Assembly: GCA_030668875.1 (NCBI GenBank)
Contig: DAOVER010000038.1
Location: forward strand, 1-28,644
Reading direction: 5' to 3'
DNA length: 28,644 nucleotides
Source: Candidatus Heimdallarchaeota archaeon
GTDB taxonomy: Archaea; Asgardarchaeota; Heimdallarchaeia; Heimdallarchaeales; Heimdallarchaeaceae
Shown: piece after piece, positions 9,301-17,961 of the stretch
How positions within the stretch are numbered: position 1 is the first letter of the stretch
How the letters are laid out: the number at the start of each line of letters is the position of its first letter
Notes under the pieces: model-generated
Database searches by the model: none
Told to the model about the DNA's origin: nothing
Seen by the model: only the letters and a program-made list of their open reading frames with translations
Made by a program: the position numbers and the translations under genes

Positions 9301-10552
9301 ATTCTGAATTAACTTCTACTAATATTGCATCTTCAGGGTCACCTTTTTTATCATATATCACTTCATATAAGGCGTAAGCTTGTTTCATTTCATTAAAAAG
9401 AGTACGAAACTTTTCTTCGCTAGTCTTTGCTTCTTTTTTAGCGATTCTTCTTTCAGTTATATCTCTTCCAACACATAAAATAGACTGTTGATTATCATAA
9501 CTGATAATTTTTGCCTTAAACTCCACATCTAATACTGACCCATATTTACAATTATGAGTTGTTTTAAATGTTATCTCTCCATTTTTCTTTAGTTCTTCAA
9601 TTCTCGAATCAAATAGGTCTCTATTTACTGAGGTCATAATGTCTAAAATATTCAGACTTAGCATCTCTTCTTCTGTATATCCTCTTGTTTTGTATGAGGC
9701 TTCGTTTACTTCAAGTATATTGCCTTTAAAATCTAAGATAAAGACAGAATCATTTATACCTTTGAGAGTTTCTGTCTGAATGCGAGAAACTTTTTTCTCT
9801 CCTTTTTGTTCAGCTATCTCCCTTTGAACGATTTCGTAGACGGTTTTTTTATAGAGTGTTTCATCTAGCTTATCTTCTCGTATTAATTGAAGTTGATGAG
9901 GGTCCATAAATAAAACATTTTCACATAAGTAACCATTAAAAATTAACTTAGAGTGTGTAATAATAGTCTCAAATAGTGTTTTAGAATCGAATTTGTATTC
10001 ATTATATAAACAGAAAAAAATAATATCTTTGTTTGAAATGAGTTTGTCGATAAGTGAATGAAGTTCCGTACTTATATTCATAGTTGAGTCCTTATTTTTT
10101 AAAGGTAAAATCTCAATGCTTATCCTTAATCCATTGAACTTGTCTTCTTGGGGAATTTCCAAATAAGCTTCAATTGATTCAATAGTTCTAGCAAGATTGA
10201 ACTCAGATTTATTACCATAAATATCTTCTGAATCTACGAACTCTAATGCTGAAGTATTGAGAAGATTCTTGATATCTTCTGAAGCCTTTATCTTTGTTAT
10301 AATATCTTCTATAGTTTTTTTTTCAACTATGATTACACATCTCTCTTTTTTTACTATGCCTGTTTTAAGGAATTCCATTATAGAATCTATCTTATCCTCA
10401 TCCTTTCGATAGATAGTACAGATGTGCTCGTTAGGAGATAGTTTCAATAGGTTTTCACCTAAATCATCAAATCTTCCAGAGAAATAAGCTAAATCATTGG
10501 AATTCTTCTCAATTTTGCTATTAGTTTCTGATTGCACGCGCAACTTAATCAC
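6308..10552 (-). CDS. Hybrid histidine kinase: MEDS-4xPAS-GAF-PAS-HisKA-HATPase-REC
   Basis: MEDS-like N-terminus (EHICTIY ... FLKTGIVKKERCVII ... GLRISIE), five PAS domains ending in DITE/DVTE/DISE, a GAF region, H-box GGIAHDFNNIL, PFFTTK-GKGSGLGLA and a C-terminal receiver. Confidence 0.93.
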   Translation of the reverse strand: MIKLRVQSETNSKIEKNSNDLAYFSGRFDDLGENLLKLSPNEHICTIYRKDEDKIDSIMEFLKTGIVKKERCVIIVEKKTIEDIITKIKASEDIKNLLNTSALEFVDSEDIYGNKSEFNLARTIESIEAYLEIPQEDKFNGLRISIEILPLKNKDSTMNISTELHSLIDKLISNKDIIFFCLYNEYKFDSKTLFETIITHSKLIFNGYLCENVLFMDPHQLQLIREDKLDETLYKKTVYEIVQREIAEQKGEKKVSRIQTETLKGINDSVFILDFKGNILEVNEASYKTRGYTEEEMLSLNILDIMTSVNRDLFDSRIEELKKNGEITFKTTHNCKYGSVLDVEFKAKIISYDNQQSILCVGRDITERRIAKKEAKTSEEKFRTLFNEMKQAYALYEVIYDKKGDPEDAILVEVNSEYEKLTKKKRDEIIGKKITEIYPNVKKQEVNPIVILGRTVITGQTVISEYYNKNLGKWFLAKSFSPMKDHVAVLFEDITEKRKMRLELEKERETTKKYLDIANTILTLIDSNENVILINKRGCELLGYEHEEIIGKNWFENFLPKRVREETKEIYQELLTGKLTQSESHENFILTKDGEERLIAWDNTFIRDEEGTIIRTLSSGKDVTEIRKTQRELKDSEEKYRMIFNNANDAIYLYSIDDQMPSNFIEVNDVACNMLGYTKDEFRKMSPVDIASKEIKKQLPEIISKLTTLKNLTFEGTHCTKEGKIIPVEVSAHTFHYHNNQMVLTIARDISERKKSEEKLSKLNEELEEKVIQRTYQMETLYNIIKDISETFDLKEAMEIISKHISQLIDYDIIVQLITQEELNLIQIGAPKCNKEVIDDFLKTVKDEFVEINPDASTNRDSITIITSNEKNLQKISSHISIPLIAEDKVVGYIVIGSEQKDAYIEEEIWFLYKIADSISHTLQRLKVIITAKDELEAVLDHTSDGVILLNSHESVVMVNKAASRFLEMIKDSKTDEINNEILNLEELKQFGKKELSLNGNTYYVSMSPIKSDFVHGWLLTIHDITEEKEMQKKILHQERLATLGKMIGGIAHDFNNILASIIGAADFSLMNAENIESKEFLNLIIKQSERGASLIRQMLDFTRQTVIKPKPVSILDFITEFSRVIRSSLPENIILSANTQDWTVLIDRVQLQQLFMNLILNSRDALVRGGKINITVEEIDHSKIVDFEEIEIDKNREYIQLIIEDNGEGMNEQTRKMIFEPFFTTKDPGKGSGLGLAQVYGIVRQSNGYINVESELKEGTKFHIYIPKHEGLIEEEIVESASNGEGRILLVEDDEDVREITKMMLENYGYTVVTAENGKNALDLYNDSFDLVLTDIIMPTMGGERLIEKLLEINPQIKCLAMTGYSDVHVPEGVKVLNKPMTASKIVNYVQNELDQVNCQEKKAQNEKREDGG
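8690..9076 (-). repeat. Duplicated PAS module, copy A
   Basis: Similar at DNA level to 13642-14028. By hand, 9001-9076 and 13953-14028 match at 69 of 76 nt. Confidence 0.85.
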
Positions 10553-10638
10553 AGTTTTTGAAAGAGATCTAAGTCTTTTCAGATATTCTTTTTAGTTTAA
10601 CATCCTTCTATCTTTATAACTAAATTTAGAAATATAAA

Positions 10639-10668
10639 TGAAAAAATGTGGAAAAATAGGGAAAAAAA
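10639..10668 (-). promoter_or_regulatory. 10-bp-period T-tract motif, copy 2
   Basis: Plus strand TGAAAAAATGT GGAAAAATAG GGAAAAAAA. On the minus strand it is followed directly by TTTATAT. Confidence 0.55.
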
Positions 10669-13600
10669 TCAATTAAAAATAGCTTTTCCTTTTGCTGTTA
10701 TCCCAAGAACTTTACTTCTTCCTTTGGTTAATTCATATATGTATTCTTCGCTAATTAAATCCTTTATTCGTTTCCTCGCTGTAGGTCTACTTATATCGAA
10801 AGCTTCAACGATATCTGTGTAGGAAGGTTTGTCTCCTGTTATGTTCCTTTTATGAACAAATTCTAATATCTCGATTAGTTCTTCAGGCAGAGTAGCTTCA
10901 GCTAAGGATTCAATCATTCGCATCTCTTTTCTCAATGATCTACTCTCTTTTTCAGTGATAGTTGCAGGATCAAGTGTTACAATGATTATGTGATTAGAGA
11001 GGTAGGCAATGTCCATTAATCTAAAGATGAAGAACAAAGTGGTCTCAAAACCATTCTTAGCAATGAGATAATCGAGCCTATCAATAACTATAACGTGCTT
11101 GCTTGGAAGTTCTTCTATTAGTTGTTCTATCTTGCTTAACTCGGAAGAGATGGTTTTTAGGTGCCCTTTTTCAGCTATTCTAAAGAAATCAAACCCATAA
11201 TTTATCTCTTTCTTCCATTCAGTTTCAGGTAATCTTGATAGAACTAGACCATTATATCCAACTCTTATCAAATCAGAAAAAGCTTCTTTTGAAATATATG
11301 GGCGCTCTTCTTCGGATAGATACAAAAGCGATTCTTCCAAATGATATCTCAAGGTTTGTCTTTTCAGCTCATCCTCTCTTTGCTTTTCAGCTGTGATGTC
11401 TCTAAGTGTTGTGAAGTATATTCTTTCTCCTGAAGTATCTATCTGAGCTATAGCAGTGATTGAACCCCAGAATTCGCTTCCATCTTTTCTAGAACGTTTT
11501 GTTTCAAAATTATAAACGAAATTCCTTTGACGTAATGAATCATAAAGTCTTTCACGATCTCTGATATTGAACCAATGATTAGTAAAAGGGGTTGAGAGAC
11601 ATTCTTCTTTTTTGTCATATCCAAAAAGCTTCCAAAAAGCTGGATTTATATCGATTAATTCTCCATCCAAGGAATTAATAGAAATAGCAAGGGGAATGTT
11701 TTCAAACAGATTTCGAAGTCTTTCTTCACTTTTTACTAACAGTTCTTCATTTATTTTTTTCTCCGTTACATCTATCAAAGAAGAATTATGATAAGTAGCA
11801 TTATTATTCTCATCATAAATAACTCGAGAGTACAACTCAATCCAAAAAAGAGAACCATCTTTCTTTTTCACCTTCATAAGATGATTATAATAAGAACCTT
11901 CTGTACCAAATCTTTCAAGAACTTCCTTACGGTCTTCTAAATCAAAATAGAACTCTTCAACTTGAAGTTTCATTATTTCTTCCACACTTTCATAGCCAAA
12001 AAATTTCACGAAAGCAGGATTACAGGCTATAATTTCCCCATTAGGTTTGTTTTGAATTAAACCAATAGGCGATTTATCAAAATGATCTCTGTATTTTTCT
12101 TCACTTTCTCTAAGTTCTTTTTCTGTCTTTTTTCGTTCAGTAATATCTCTACTTACAGACATAATGAGTTGTTTATCACCAAGATTTACCAGATTTAAGT
12201 TAAGTTCCTGCTGGTAAAGAGTACCATCTTTTCTAATTGCTATTGTCTCATAAGTCAAGAATTTCTCTTCGACGATATTTTTCAGAACTTTTTCCACAAA
12301 TTCGGGATTATTATATATATTAAAATCTAAAATGTTTTTGCCCACCGTTTCAGACCTTTCATATCCCTGCGTGTCTAAACCACTCTTGTTTATATCAATA
12401 ACTGTTCCATCTATTTCAAGAAGTGAAATGTCATCATGTGCATTGTCAAAGATGGACTTGAATTTTTCTTCACTTTCTCTAAGTTCTTTTTCAAGTTTTT
12501 TCTGTTCAGTTATATCAATTAGTGAAGCTATTTGTTGTTTTGTTTCAGGAATAATTCCTATTGTTACTAGTAGAGTTTTGTTTTCCCCAAATATGTTAAA
12601 ATCCGAGGTTTCAAAAGTCAATGGTGGAATAAAATCTATATTCATCCTTTTGACTGCTTTTATTATATTTTTTCTTTCTTCTTTCTGAACAAACTCTGTC
12701 CATTTTTTACCAATAAATTCGTCTTGTGAGATGCCTGATCTCTCTATCAATAGATCATTGACTAGTGTTATGGTAAAGTCTTCTTCTAATAGCATCATTC
12801 CTGTACCTGTATTGGCGAAAAGTGCTCTGTATAACGCTTCTGAAGATTTGATTTTTTCTTCACTTTCTTTCCTTTCAGTGATGTCTCTAATAATTACAAA
12901 GACTACTTCTTCACTACCAAGTAATAGTTTAACTGCGTTTGCTTCAATTGGGAAAATTGAACCATCTTTTCTTTTTGCTAAAGTTTCGAACTGAGCGTAC
13001 CCTTTCTTTTCGATTTCTTTCCCTCTTCTTATATGTTCTTCTTCAGTTTCAAATGTGTTAATTAATCTTGTATTATTAGAAATAACCTCAGAAGATTCGT
13101 ATCCAAACATCTCAAGAAATCTAGGATTTACTTCTAAAATAATACCTTCAACTGTTCTTAAAACATACCCATCATTGGAATAATTGAAAATACTTCTGAA
13201 CTTATGTTCACTTTTAAGAAGGTTTGAATATACCATTTTCTTCTCAGTAATGTCCTGTCCTTCTATTATAAATGAAGTAACAGCACTTTCATTATCTGTT
13301 ATTGGTTTCACAGAAAAATCCATAGTCTGAATATTGTCATTCTTATCTATATTTGTAATTTCATCTTGAATAACTTTCCCTTTAGAAGCTCTTTTTATAT
13401 TCTTTCGTAATCTAATTCTTTCTTCCTCTGAATGAGACCACCAATATGTATCCCAGATCAACTTTCCGACTACATCTTCATCCTTCAATCCTGCAAAATC
13501 TAGAGCTGTTTGATTGATTTTAAGTAATCTTCCTTCAAGATCTAAAATTCCAGTTAATTGAAAAGCATGGTTGAGGATGATATTTAATAATCTTTCACTT

Positions 13601-14382
13601 TCTCTCAGTTCTTCTTCTGCTTGTCTCTTTTCAGTAATATCTCTTCCTGAACTTAAAGTTCCTATGATTTTTCCTTCTTCATCTCTAATATCGGTATTAT
13701 CCCATGCTATTAGTTTCTCTTCACCATCTTTAGTAAGAAGGAGATTCTCATAGTACTCAGATTGCGCAATTTCATCATTCATTATCTCTTGAAAAACTTC
13801 TTTTGTTTTGTTACATATTCTCTTAGGTAGAAAATTATCAAACCAATTTTTTCCAATTATCTCTTCGTGTTCATATCCTAAAAGATCACAACCTTTTCTA
13901 TTAATTAATGAGACTTTCTCATTCGCATCAATTGCAATTAAAATGACGTTTGCAATGTCTAGATATTGTTTCATTGTTTCTCTTTCTGTCTCTAACTCTA
14001 CTCTCATTTTACGTTTTTCTGTGATATCCTCTCCTGAATATAAAACACCACTTAAATTTCCCTCTTCATCATTGAAAAAAGTGCTATGCCAAGAAATTAA
14101 TCTTTCTTCTCCTTCTTTTGTTAATATAGAATAACTCTTAGCTAGTTCGATCTCTTCTTTTTCATCAATTCGTTTAACAAAACTAGTTTTAATTTCCTTA
14201 GCTACTCCTTTAGGGAGAAAATTATTGAACCAGTTCTTACCAATAATTTCATCCTCTGAATAACCAAGAATCTCGCGTCCCCTTTTATTAATGAGAGTAA
14301 CTTTCTGATTAACATCAACTGCAATATAAATAAAATCTGCTATGTCAAGCAGTAATTGTGAACTAATTGCTCCTATACACAT
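10669..14382 (-). CDS. One-component regulator: 8xPAS-DUF835-like-winged HTH
   Basis: Eight PAS domains, then a DUF835-like region (GLVLSR ... VIVIDRLDYLIAKNGFETTLFFIFRLMD ... IIVTLDP), then a wHTH (SYTDIVEAFDISRPTARKRIKDLISEEYI ... ITAKGK). SD GAAGGGGA. Confidence 0.85.
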   Translation of the reverse strand: MCIGAISSQLLLDIADFIYIAVDVNQKVTLINKRGREILGYSEDEIIGKNWFNNFLPKGVAKEIKTSFVKRIDEKEEIELAKSYSILTKEGEERLISWHSTFFNDEEGNLSGVLYSGEDITEKRKMRVELETERETMKQYLDIANVILIAIDANEKVSLINRKGCDLLGYEHEEIIGKNWFDNFLPKRICNKTKEVFQEIMNDEIAQSEYYENLLLTKDGEEKLIAWDNTDIRDEEGKIIGTLSSGRDITEKRQAEEELRESERLLNIILNHAFQLTGILDLEGRLLKINQTALDFAGLKDEDVVGKLIWDTYWWSHSEEERIRLRKNIKRASKGKVIQDEITNIDKNDNIQTMDFSVKPITDNESAVTSFIIEGQDITEKKMVYSNLLKSEHKFRSIFNYSNDGYVLRTVEGIILEVNPRFLEMFGYESSEVISNNTRLINTFETEEEHIRRGKEIEKKGYAQFETLAKRKDGSIFPIEANAVKLLLGSEEVVFVIIRDITERKESEEKIKSSEALYRALFANTGTGMMLLEEDFTITLVNDLLIERSGISQDEFIGKKWTEFVQKEERKNIIKAVKRMNIDFIPPLTFETSDFNIFGENKTLLVTIGIIPETKQQIASLIDITEQKKLEKELRESEEKFKSIFDNAHDDISLLEIDGTVIDINKSGLDTQGYERSETVGKNILDFNIYNNPEFVEKVLKNIVEEKFLTYETIAIRKDGTLYQQELNLNLVNLGDKQLIMSVSRDITERKKTEKELRESEEKYRDHFDKSPIGLIQNKPNGEIIACNPAFVKFFGYESVEEIMKLQVEEFYFDLEDRKEVLERFGTEGSYYNHLMKVKKKDGSLFWIELYSRVIYDENNNATYHNSSLIDVTEKKINEELLVKSEERLRNLFENIPLAISINSLDGELIDINPAFWKLFGYDKKEECLSTPFTNHWFNIRDRERLYDSLRQRNFVYNFETKRSRKDGSEFWGSITAIAQIDTSGERIYFTTLRDITAEKQREDELKRQTLRYHLEESLLYLSEEERPYISKEAFSDLIRVGYNGLVLSRLPETEWKKEINYGFDFFRIAEKGHLKTISSELSKIEQLIEELPSKHVIVIDRLDYLIAKNGFETTLFFIFRLMDIAYLSNHIIIVTLDPATITEKESRSLRKEMRMIESLAEATLPEELIEILEFVHKRNITGDKPSYTDIVEAFDISRPTARKRIKDLISEEYIYELTKGRSKVLGITAKGKAIFN
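13642..14028 (-). repeat. Duplicated PAS module, copy B
   Basis: Paralogue of 8690-9076. Shared peptides include EDITEKRKMR.EL, YLDIAN, LLGYEHEEIIGKNWF, LTKDGEE.LIAWDNT and TLSSG. Confidence 0.85.
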
Positions 14383-14476
14383 GCGAATCCCCTTCTTCTA
14401 TACATGAAGACTAAGTGATATTGACCTCAATCTATTAATGTATTAAATATAACATTCATTTTTGTAGTAAAAAATC

Positions 14477-14503
14477 TTTTCCCTATTTTTCCATGTTTTT
14501 TCA
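14477..14503 (+). promoter_or_regulatory. 10-bp-period T-tract motif, copy 3
   Basis: TTTTCCCTATTTTTCCATGTTTTTTCA. It differs from the reverse complement of copy 2 at only two positions and lies in the divergent intergenic region. Confidence 0.55.
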
Positions 14504-14512
14504 CTTTCCTTT

Positions 14513-14531
14513 CTATAAAAGTTAATATATA
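14513..14531 (+). promoter_or_regulatory. Putative TATA element for the right arm
   Basis: CTATAAAA/TTAATATATA about 30-45 nt upstream of ATG 14559, consistent with a leaderless or short-leader transcript. Confidence 0.4.
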
Positions 14532-14549
14532 TTAATATTAAATTAAATA

Positions 14550-15458
14550 GTGAGTTACATGAGTATAACTAAGAAAATCCATCCATTGATTGCAATAACT
14601 GGATTAGAGAAAGCTGGGAAAACAACTTTTATTCATCGACTAAAAACAGGGGAGTTTAAAGGTGATTTCCATCCAACAGTTGGATTTGACCTTTCTATTA
14701 TAAAAGAAGATGATTATCGTTTTGATGTTGTAGATTTAGGTGGACACCAGTCTTTTAGATCTACTTTCTGGGAAAATTTCGTTTCTTCTTGTCAAGGTTG
14801 TATATTTGTTTTTGACAGAACTGATAATGATAGAATGGATATAGTGAAAGAATGGTTGTGGAAGGTAGAAGAATGGATTCCTAAAGACGCAAACTTTGCT
14901 TTCTTTGCTAATAAATCTGATTTAGATGATACACTGAGCTTGGAAGAAATAGTAGAAAGTCTTGATCTAACCAAATTCAGTGAATCACCATTGAAAAGTT
15001 TCAGAATTTTCGAAACATCAAGTGTATCAGGGCAAAACGTTAAAGAGTGCTGGACTTGGTTATCTAAGTCTATCCGGAGACGACTTGAAGCTAAACCTTC
15101 AGTAAATGTTTGTGCATTTGAAATTTTAGATGATAGACTTGAACCACTTGTTGAAACAGTGCTAATTGAAGAAGGAAGAAAAGCTGAATTAAAAGAAGTA
15201 CAACAAGTTTTCAGAACACACTCTCTAAAAATGATTGATTCTTTACCTTCAATTAGTATAGACAATTTTGTCGTTCATATGCTTAAAAAGGGTGATTATT
15301 ATGCTATTCTTTATGTTGATAAAGAGGATGAGCAAAGCATTGCAAGAGAAACAGGGTTAACCCTATTCTTTGAAACTCTTTCTAGATTGAAACGAGAACT
15401 AACAGTAGATGATGAAGTAATCAAGAACATGGTTGATTCTGTCAAATGGGAATTCTAA
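14550..15458 (+). CDS. Arf/Sar1-like small GTPase with C-terminal longin-like domain (GTPase 3)
   Basis: G1 GLEKAGKT, G2 PTVG, G3 DLGGH, G4 NKSD, G5 ETSSVSG. The true start may be ATG 14559. Confidence 0.9.
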   Translation: MSYMSITKKIHPLIAITGLEKAGKTTFIHRLKTGEFKGDFHPTVGFDLSIIKEDDYRFDVVDLGGHQSFRSTFWENFVSSCQGCIFVFDRTDNDRMDIVKEWLWKVEEWIPKDANFAFFANKSDLDDTLSLEEIVESLDLTKFSESPLKSFRIFETSSVSGQNVKECWTWLSKSIRRRLEAKPSVNVCAFEILDDRLEPLVETVLIEEGRKAELKEVQQVFRTHSLKMIDSLPSISIDNFVVHMLKKGDYYAILYVDKEDEQSIARETGLTLFFETLSRLKRELTVDDEVIKNMVDSVKWEF

Positions 15459-15482
15459 GTAGATTATCAGATCAAGCCAAGA

Positions 15483-16799
15483 GTGATTGAAGTGACAACT
15501 CTATCAGAAGTTTACAAAGTTAAAGGAGAAAGATCAAAAAAAGATATAAGTGAAGATGAAACACTCACTAACTTCTTTCATTCTTTAGTTGATGTTAATT
15601 CTGTTTCTGATATAATTGACAAAATATTCAACTTTTTGTTTGAATTATATCACCTGGAAGAGGGTTGCTTCTACTATGTTGATAAAAGAGAAAATATGCT
15701 CACTGCTTTTAGAAGAAGGAGTGAAGAACTGGAGTCTGTCGTAATTTTGAGTGAAAAGCTTCTATCTAGAATATATTCAATAAGGAAAACTCAAACTAGA
15801 AAAAGGTCGATTTCACTTAGAAAAAATATCCCAACAATATATTGCCCCTTTCATCTAGATAATTCTCTTGAATTTATGATAGAACTTCCCGTCTCTAAAA
15901 CTGTTCTAAATACAAATCAGATTATTAATGAACTTATGAAAATATTACCAATAATCTACATTAGTCTTAAAAATGCAGATTATCATCGATTTACAGAACT
16001 CTATGCTAAGGAGACAACTAAAATCCTTCAAAGTATCTCCTCAGGTATAGCTTCTATTGATTCTAAAGGCACTTTCCTCTTTGCTAATCAAATGTTTGAA
16101 ATGATGATAGGATACAGTTTAAATGAATTGTTGAGTTCTTCAACGCTTATCAATCATATCTTCCCAGATTTCTCTTTCATAATATTTGAAGGCAATGTGG
16201 TGGATAATCTAATCTACAATATAAGAAGGAAAGATGGAACAGAGTTTCCATGCCATATAACGATTACTCAAGTAAGTAAAGGAGATGAAACAACCTATAT
16301 ACTTAATTTGAAAGATGCTAGCTACATTATCAAACAAAAAGAGGAAATTAAAAACCTAAGAAAATCAATAGCTAATGAGGATAATATAGGTGTTGTACTT
16401 TTCCGTTTTGCGTCTTTTGGTGGAGAATTAATCAAAGAGGATCTTAGAAGTATTCAAATATTTCCAGAATATTTCTCCACGATGTGTTATACGAGCATCG
16501 CTCAAGGAAATAAACAACCAGTTGGAGTTTTTGGACCTTTACCAGCTCCGAAGCTAGATAATTACAGAACTATAATTTATGCATTTTTTGGAAAAGATGA
16601 TATTCCACTTGATCATCGGATGAAAGGAAGACAATATTATCTTATAGCAGTGATATTTCCAGAAAGAAAAACAGAATTCATTATCTCGAATAATAATATA
16701 GAAAAGGGATTCGATGATTATATCCAAAAATTCGAATACCCAAATCGTATGAAAAAACAAGAATTGTCACATTTTAGAGAAATAGTATTTGTAGATTAG
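15483..16799 (+). CDS. GAF-like/PAS sensor with C-terminal longin/uDENN-like domain
   Basis: Clear PAS (ILQSISSGIASIDSKG ... ANQMFEMMIGYS ... RRKDGTEFPC). C-terminal domain GVVLFRF ... FGPLP ... IIYAFF ... YYLIAVIFP; its fold assignment is tentative. Confidence 0.7.
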   Translation: MIEVTTLSEVYKVKGERSKKDISEDETLTNFFHSLVDVNSVSDIIDKIFNFLFELYHLEEGCFYYVDKRENMLTAFRRRSEELESVVILSEKLLSRIYSIRKTQTRKRSISLRKNIPTIYCPFHLDNSLEFMIELPVSKTVLNTNQIINELMKILPIIYISLKNADYHRFTELYAKETTKILQSISSGIASIDSKGTFLFANQMFEMMIGYSLNELLSSSTLINHIFPDFSFIIFEGNVVDNLIYNIRRKDGTEFPCHITITQVSKGDETTYILNLKDASYIIKQKEEIKNLRKSIANEDNIGVVLFRFASFGGELIKEDLRSIQIFPEYFSTMCYTSIAQGNKQPVGVFGPLPAPKLDNYRTIIYAFFGKDDIPLDHRMKGRQYYLIAVIFPERKTEFIISNNNIEKGFDDYIQKFEYPNRMKKQELSHFREIVFVD

Positions 16800-16878
16800 A
16801 AAATAAAAAATTGTAAAGTTAAGAAAAAGAAGAAAAAACACACATAATAAATACATATAATCAATAGAGGTTTAAAGA

Positions 16879-17823
16879 ATGGAAAACTTGAATTTCGAAA
16901 AAAAGAGTGTCCCCGTCACTCTGTTGGGATTAAATAATGCTGGTAAAACAAGTTTAGCATTAAGATTGGCGACAGGGAAATGGGTAGATAATACTTCCCC
17001 TACTATAGGTGTAAACTTTGAAACATATCGAGCTGGAGATAGTCTTCTTAAAATTTTTGATGTTGGAGGTCATGAAGTTTTAAGACGTCAATTTTGGTTA
17101 AATTATGCCGCAAATAGCTATGGTGTTCTCTTTGTATTTGACGCTTCAGATAAGAAAAGAACAGAGGAAGGTAAAGAATGGTTCTGGTATCTGATAGATA
17201 ATTTAGAGGTTGAACGGAGAATAGCCTTAGCTTTTCTTGCAAACAAAGCTGATCTTGAATCAATGGAAATGGATGAAGTTATCGAAGTTCTGGATTTACA
17301 AAAACTCAGTAAGTTTCCAAAAATTAGTTTTCAGATTTTTGAAGTAAGTGCAAAAACAGCAATGAATGTAGATACTGCAATGAATTGGTTTACAAAGAAA
17401 ATTCAAGAATGTACTCGAGAAAATACAGTGTCTCCTAAAGGATTAATAATTTCGTCCATATTTGGTAACATTAAACTTTTCTTAGATTTCTCTGATGTTC
17501 AACAAAATCTTATTTCTGTTCTAGACATGCTTTCTGAGGTTTTAAACGATAAGGATAATACTCTAAGAGATGAAAGGATAGCAAGTGTTGTATCACCATA
17601 TGGGCAGATCATTTTTCAAGAAAGAGGAGAAATTGTGATTTCATTAATTGTAGAACCAGAAGATTCTCAACTAGAAGCACAAAGACTGATTGAAATAATA
17701 TATGAACACATTGAAAGACAACATTCTACTTCTAAAGATGAATTGATGGAATTTATCATAAGAACACTTAATATTCCAGCAGATGATTACAGTGAAATTA
17801 ACGAGTATATATTGAAGGGATGA
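16879..17823 (+). CDS. Arf/Sar1-like small GTPase with C-terminal longin/roadblock-like domain (GTPase 4)
   Basis: G1 GLNNAGKT, G2 PTIG, G3 FDVGGH, G4 NKAD, G5 EVSAKT, then AMNWF. SD AGAGGT. Confidence 0.9.
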   Translation: MENLNFEKKSVPVTLLGLNNAGKTSLALRLATGKWVDNTSPTIGVNFETYRAGDSLLKIFDVGGHEVLRRQFWLNYAANSYGVLFVFDASDKKRTEEGKEWFWYLIDNLEVERRIALAFLANKADLESMEMDEVIEVLDLQKLSKFPKISFQIFEVSAKTAMNVDTAMNWFTKKIQECTRENTVSPKGLIISSIFGNIKLFLDFSDVQQNLISVLDMLSEVLNDKDNTLRDERIASVVSPYGQIIFQERGEIVISLIVEPEDSQLEAQRLIEIIYEHIERQHSTSKDELMEFIIRTLNIPADDYSEINEYILKG

Positions 17824-17844
17824 TGCAATCTATTTAGTCACTTC

Positions 17845-17880
17845 TTTTCATGTTTTTTCATATTTTTCCATATTCTTTTC
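17845..17880 (+). promoter_or_regulatory. 10-bp-period T-tract motif, copy 4
   Basis: TTTTCA TGTTTTTTCA TATTTTTCCA TATTCTTTTC, followed by AATTATATT. May double as a terminator. Confidence 0.5.
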
Positions 17881-17961
17881 AGAATTATATTAAGAATAAA
17901 GGTGTGAATAAGATTTAGTATATCTGCTTAAACAACATAATATAATATGAAGGTGTAACTG

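Noticed and set aside
10639-14503. Terminal inverted repeats of a mobile unit carrying the PAS-wHTH gene
   Set aside because: There is no transposase and no evident target-site duplication, and the same motif recurs at 3820 and 17845.
190-16826. Shared ATAAAA(AA)TTGTAAAG upstream of the peptidase (about 193-207) and GTPase 4 (about 16803-16818)
   Set aside because: It is short and AT-rich with only two copies, so chance is plausible at this base composition.
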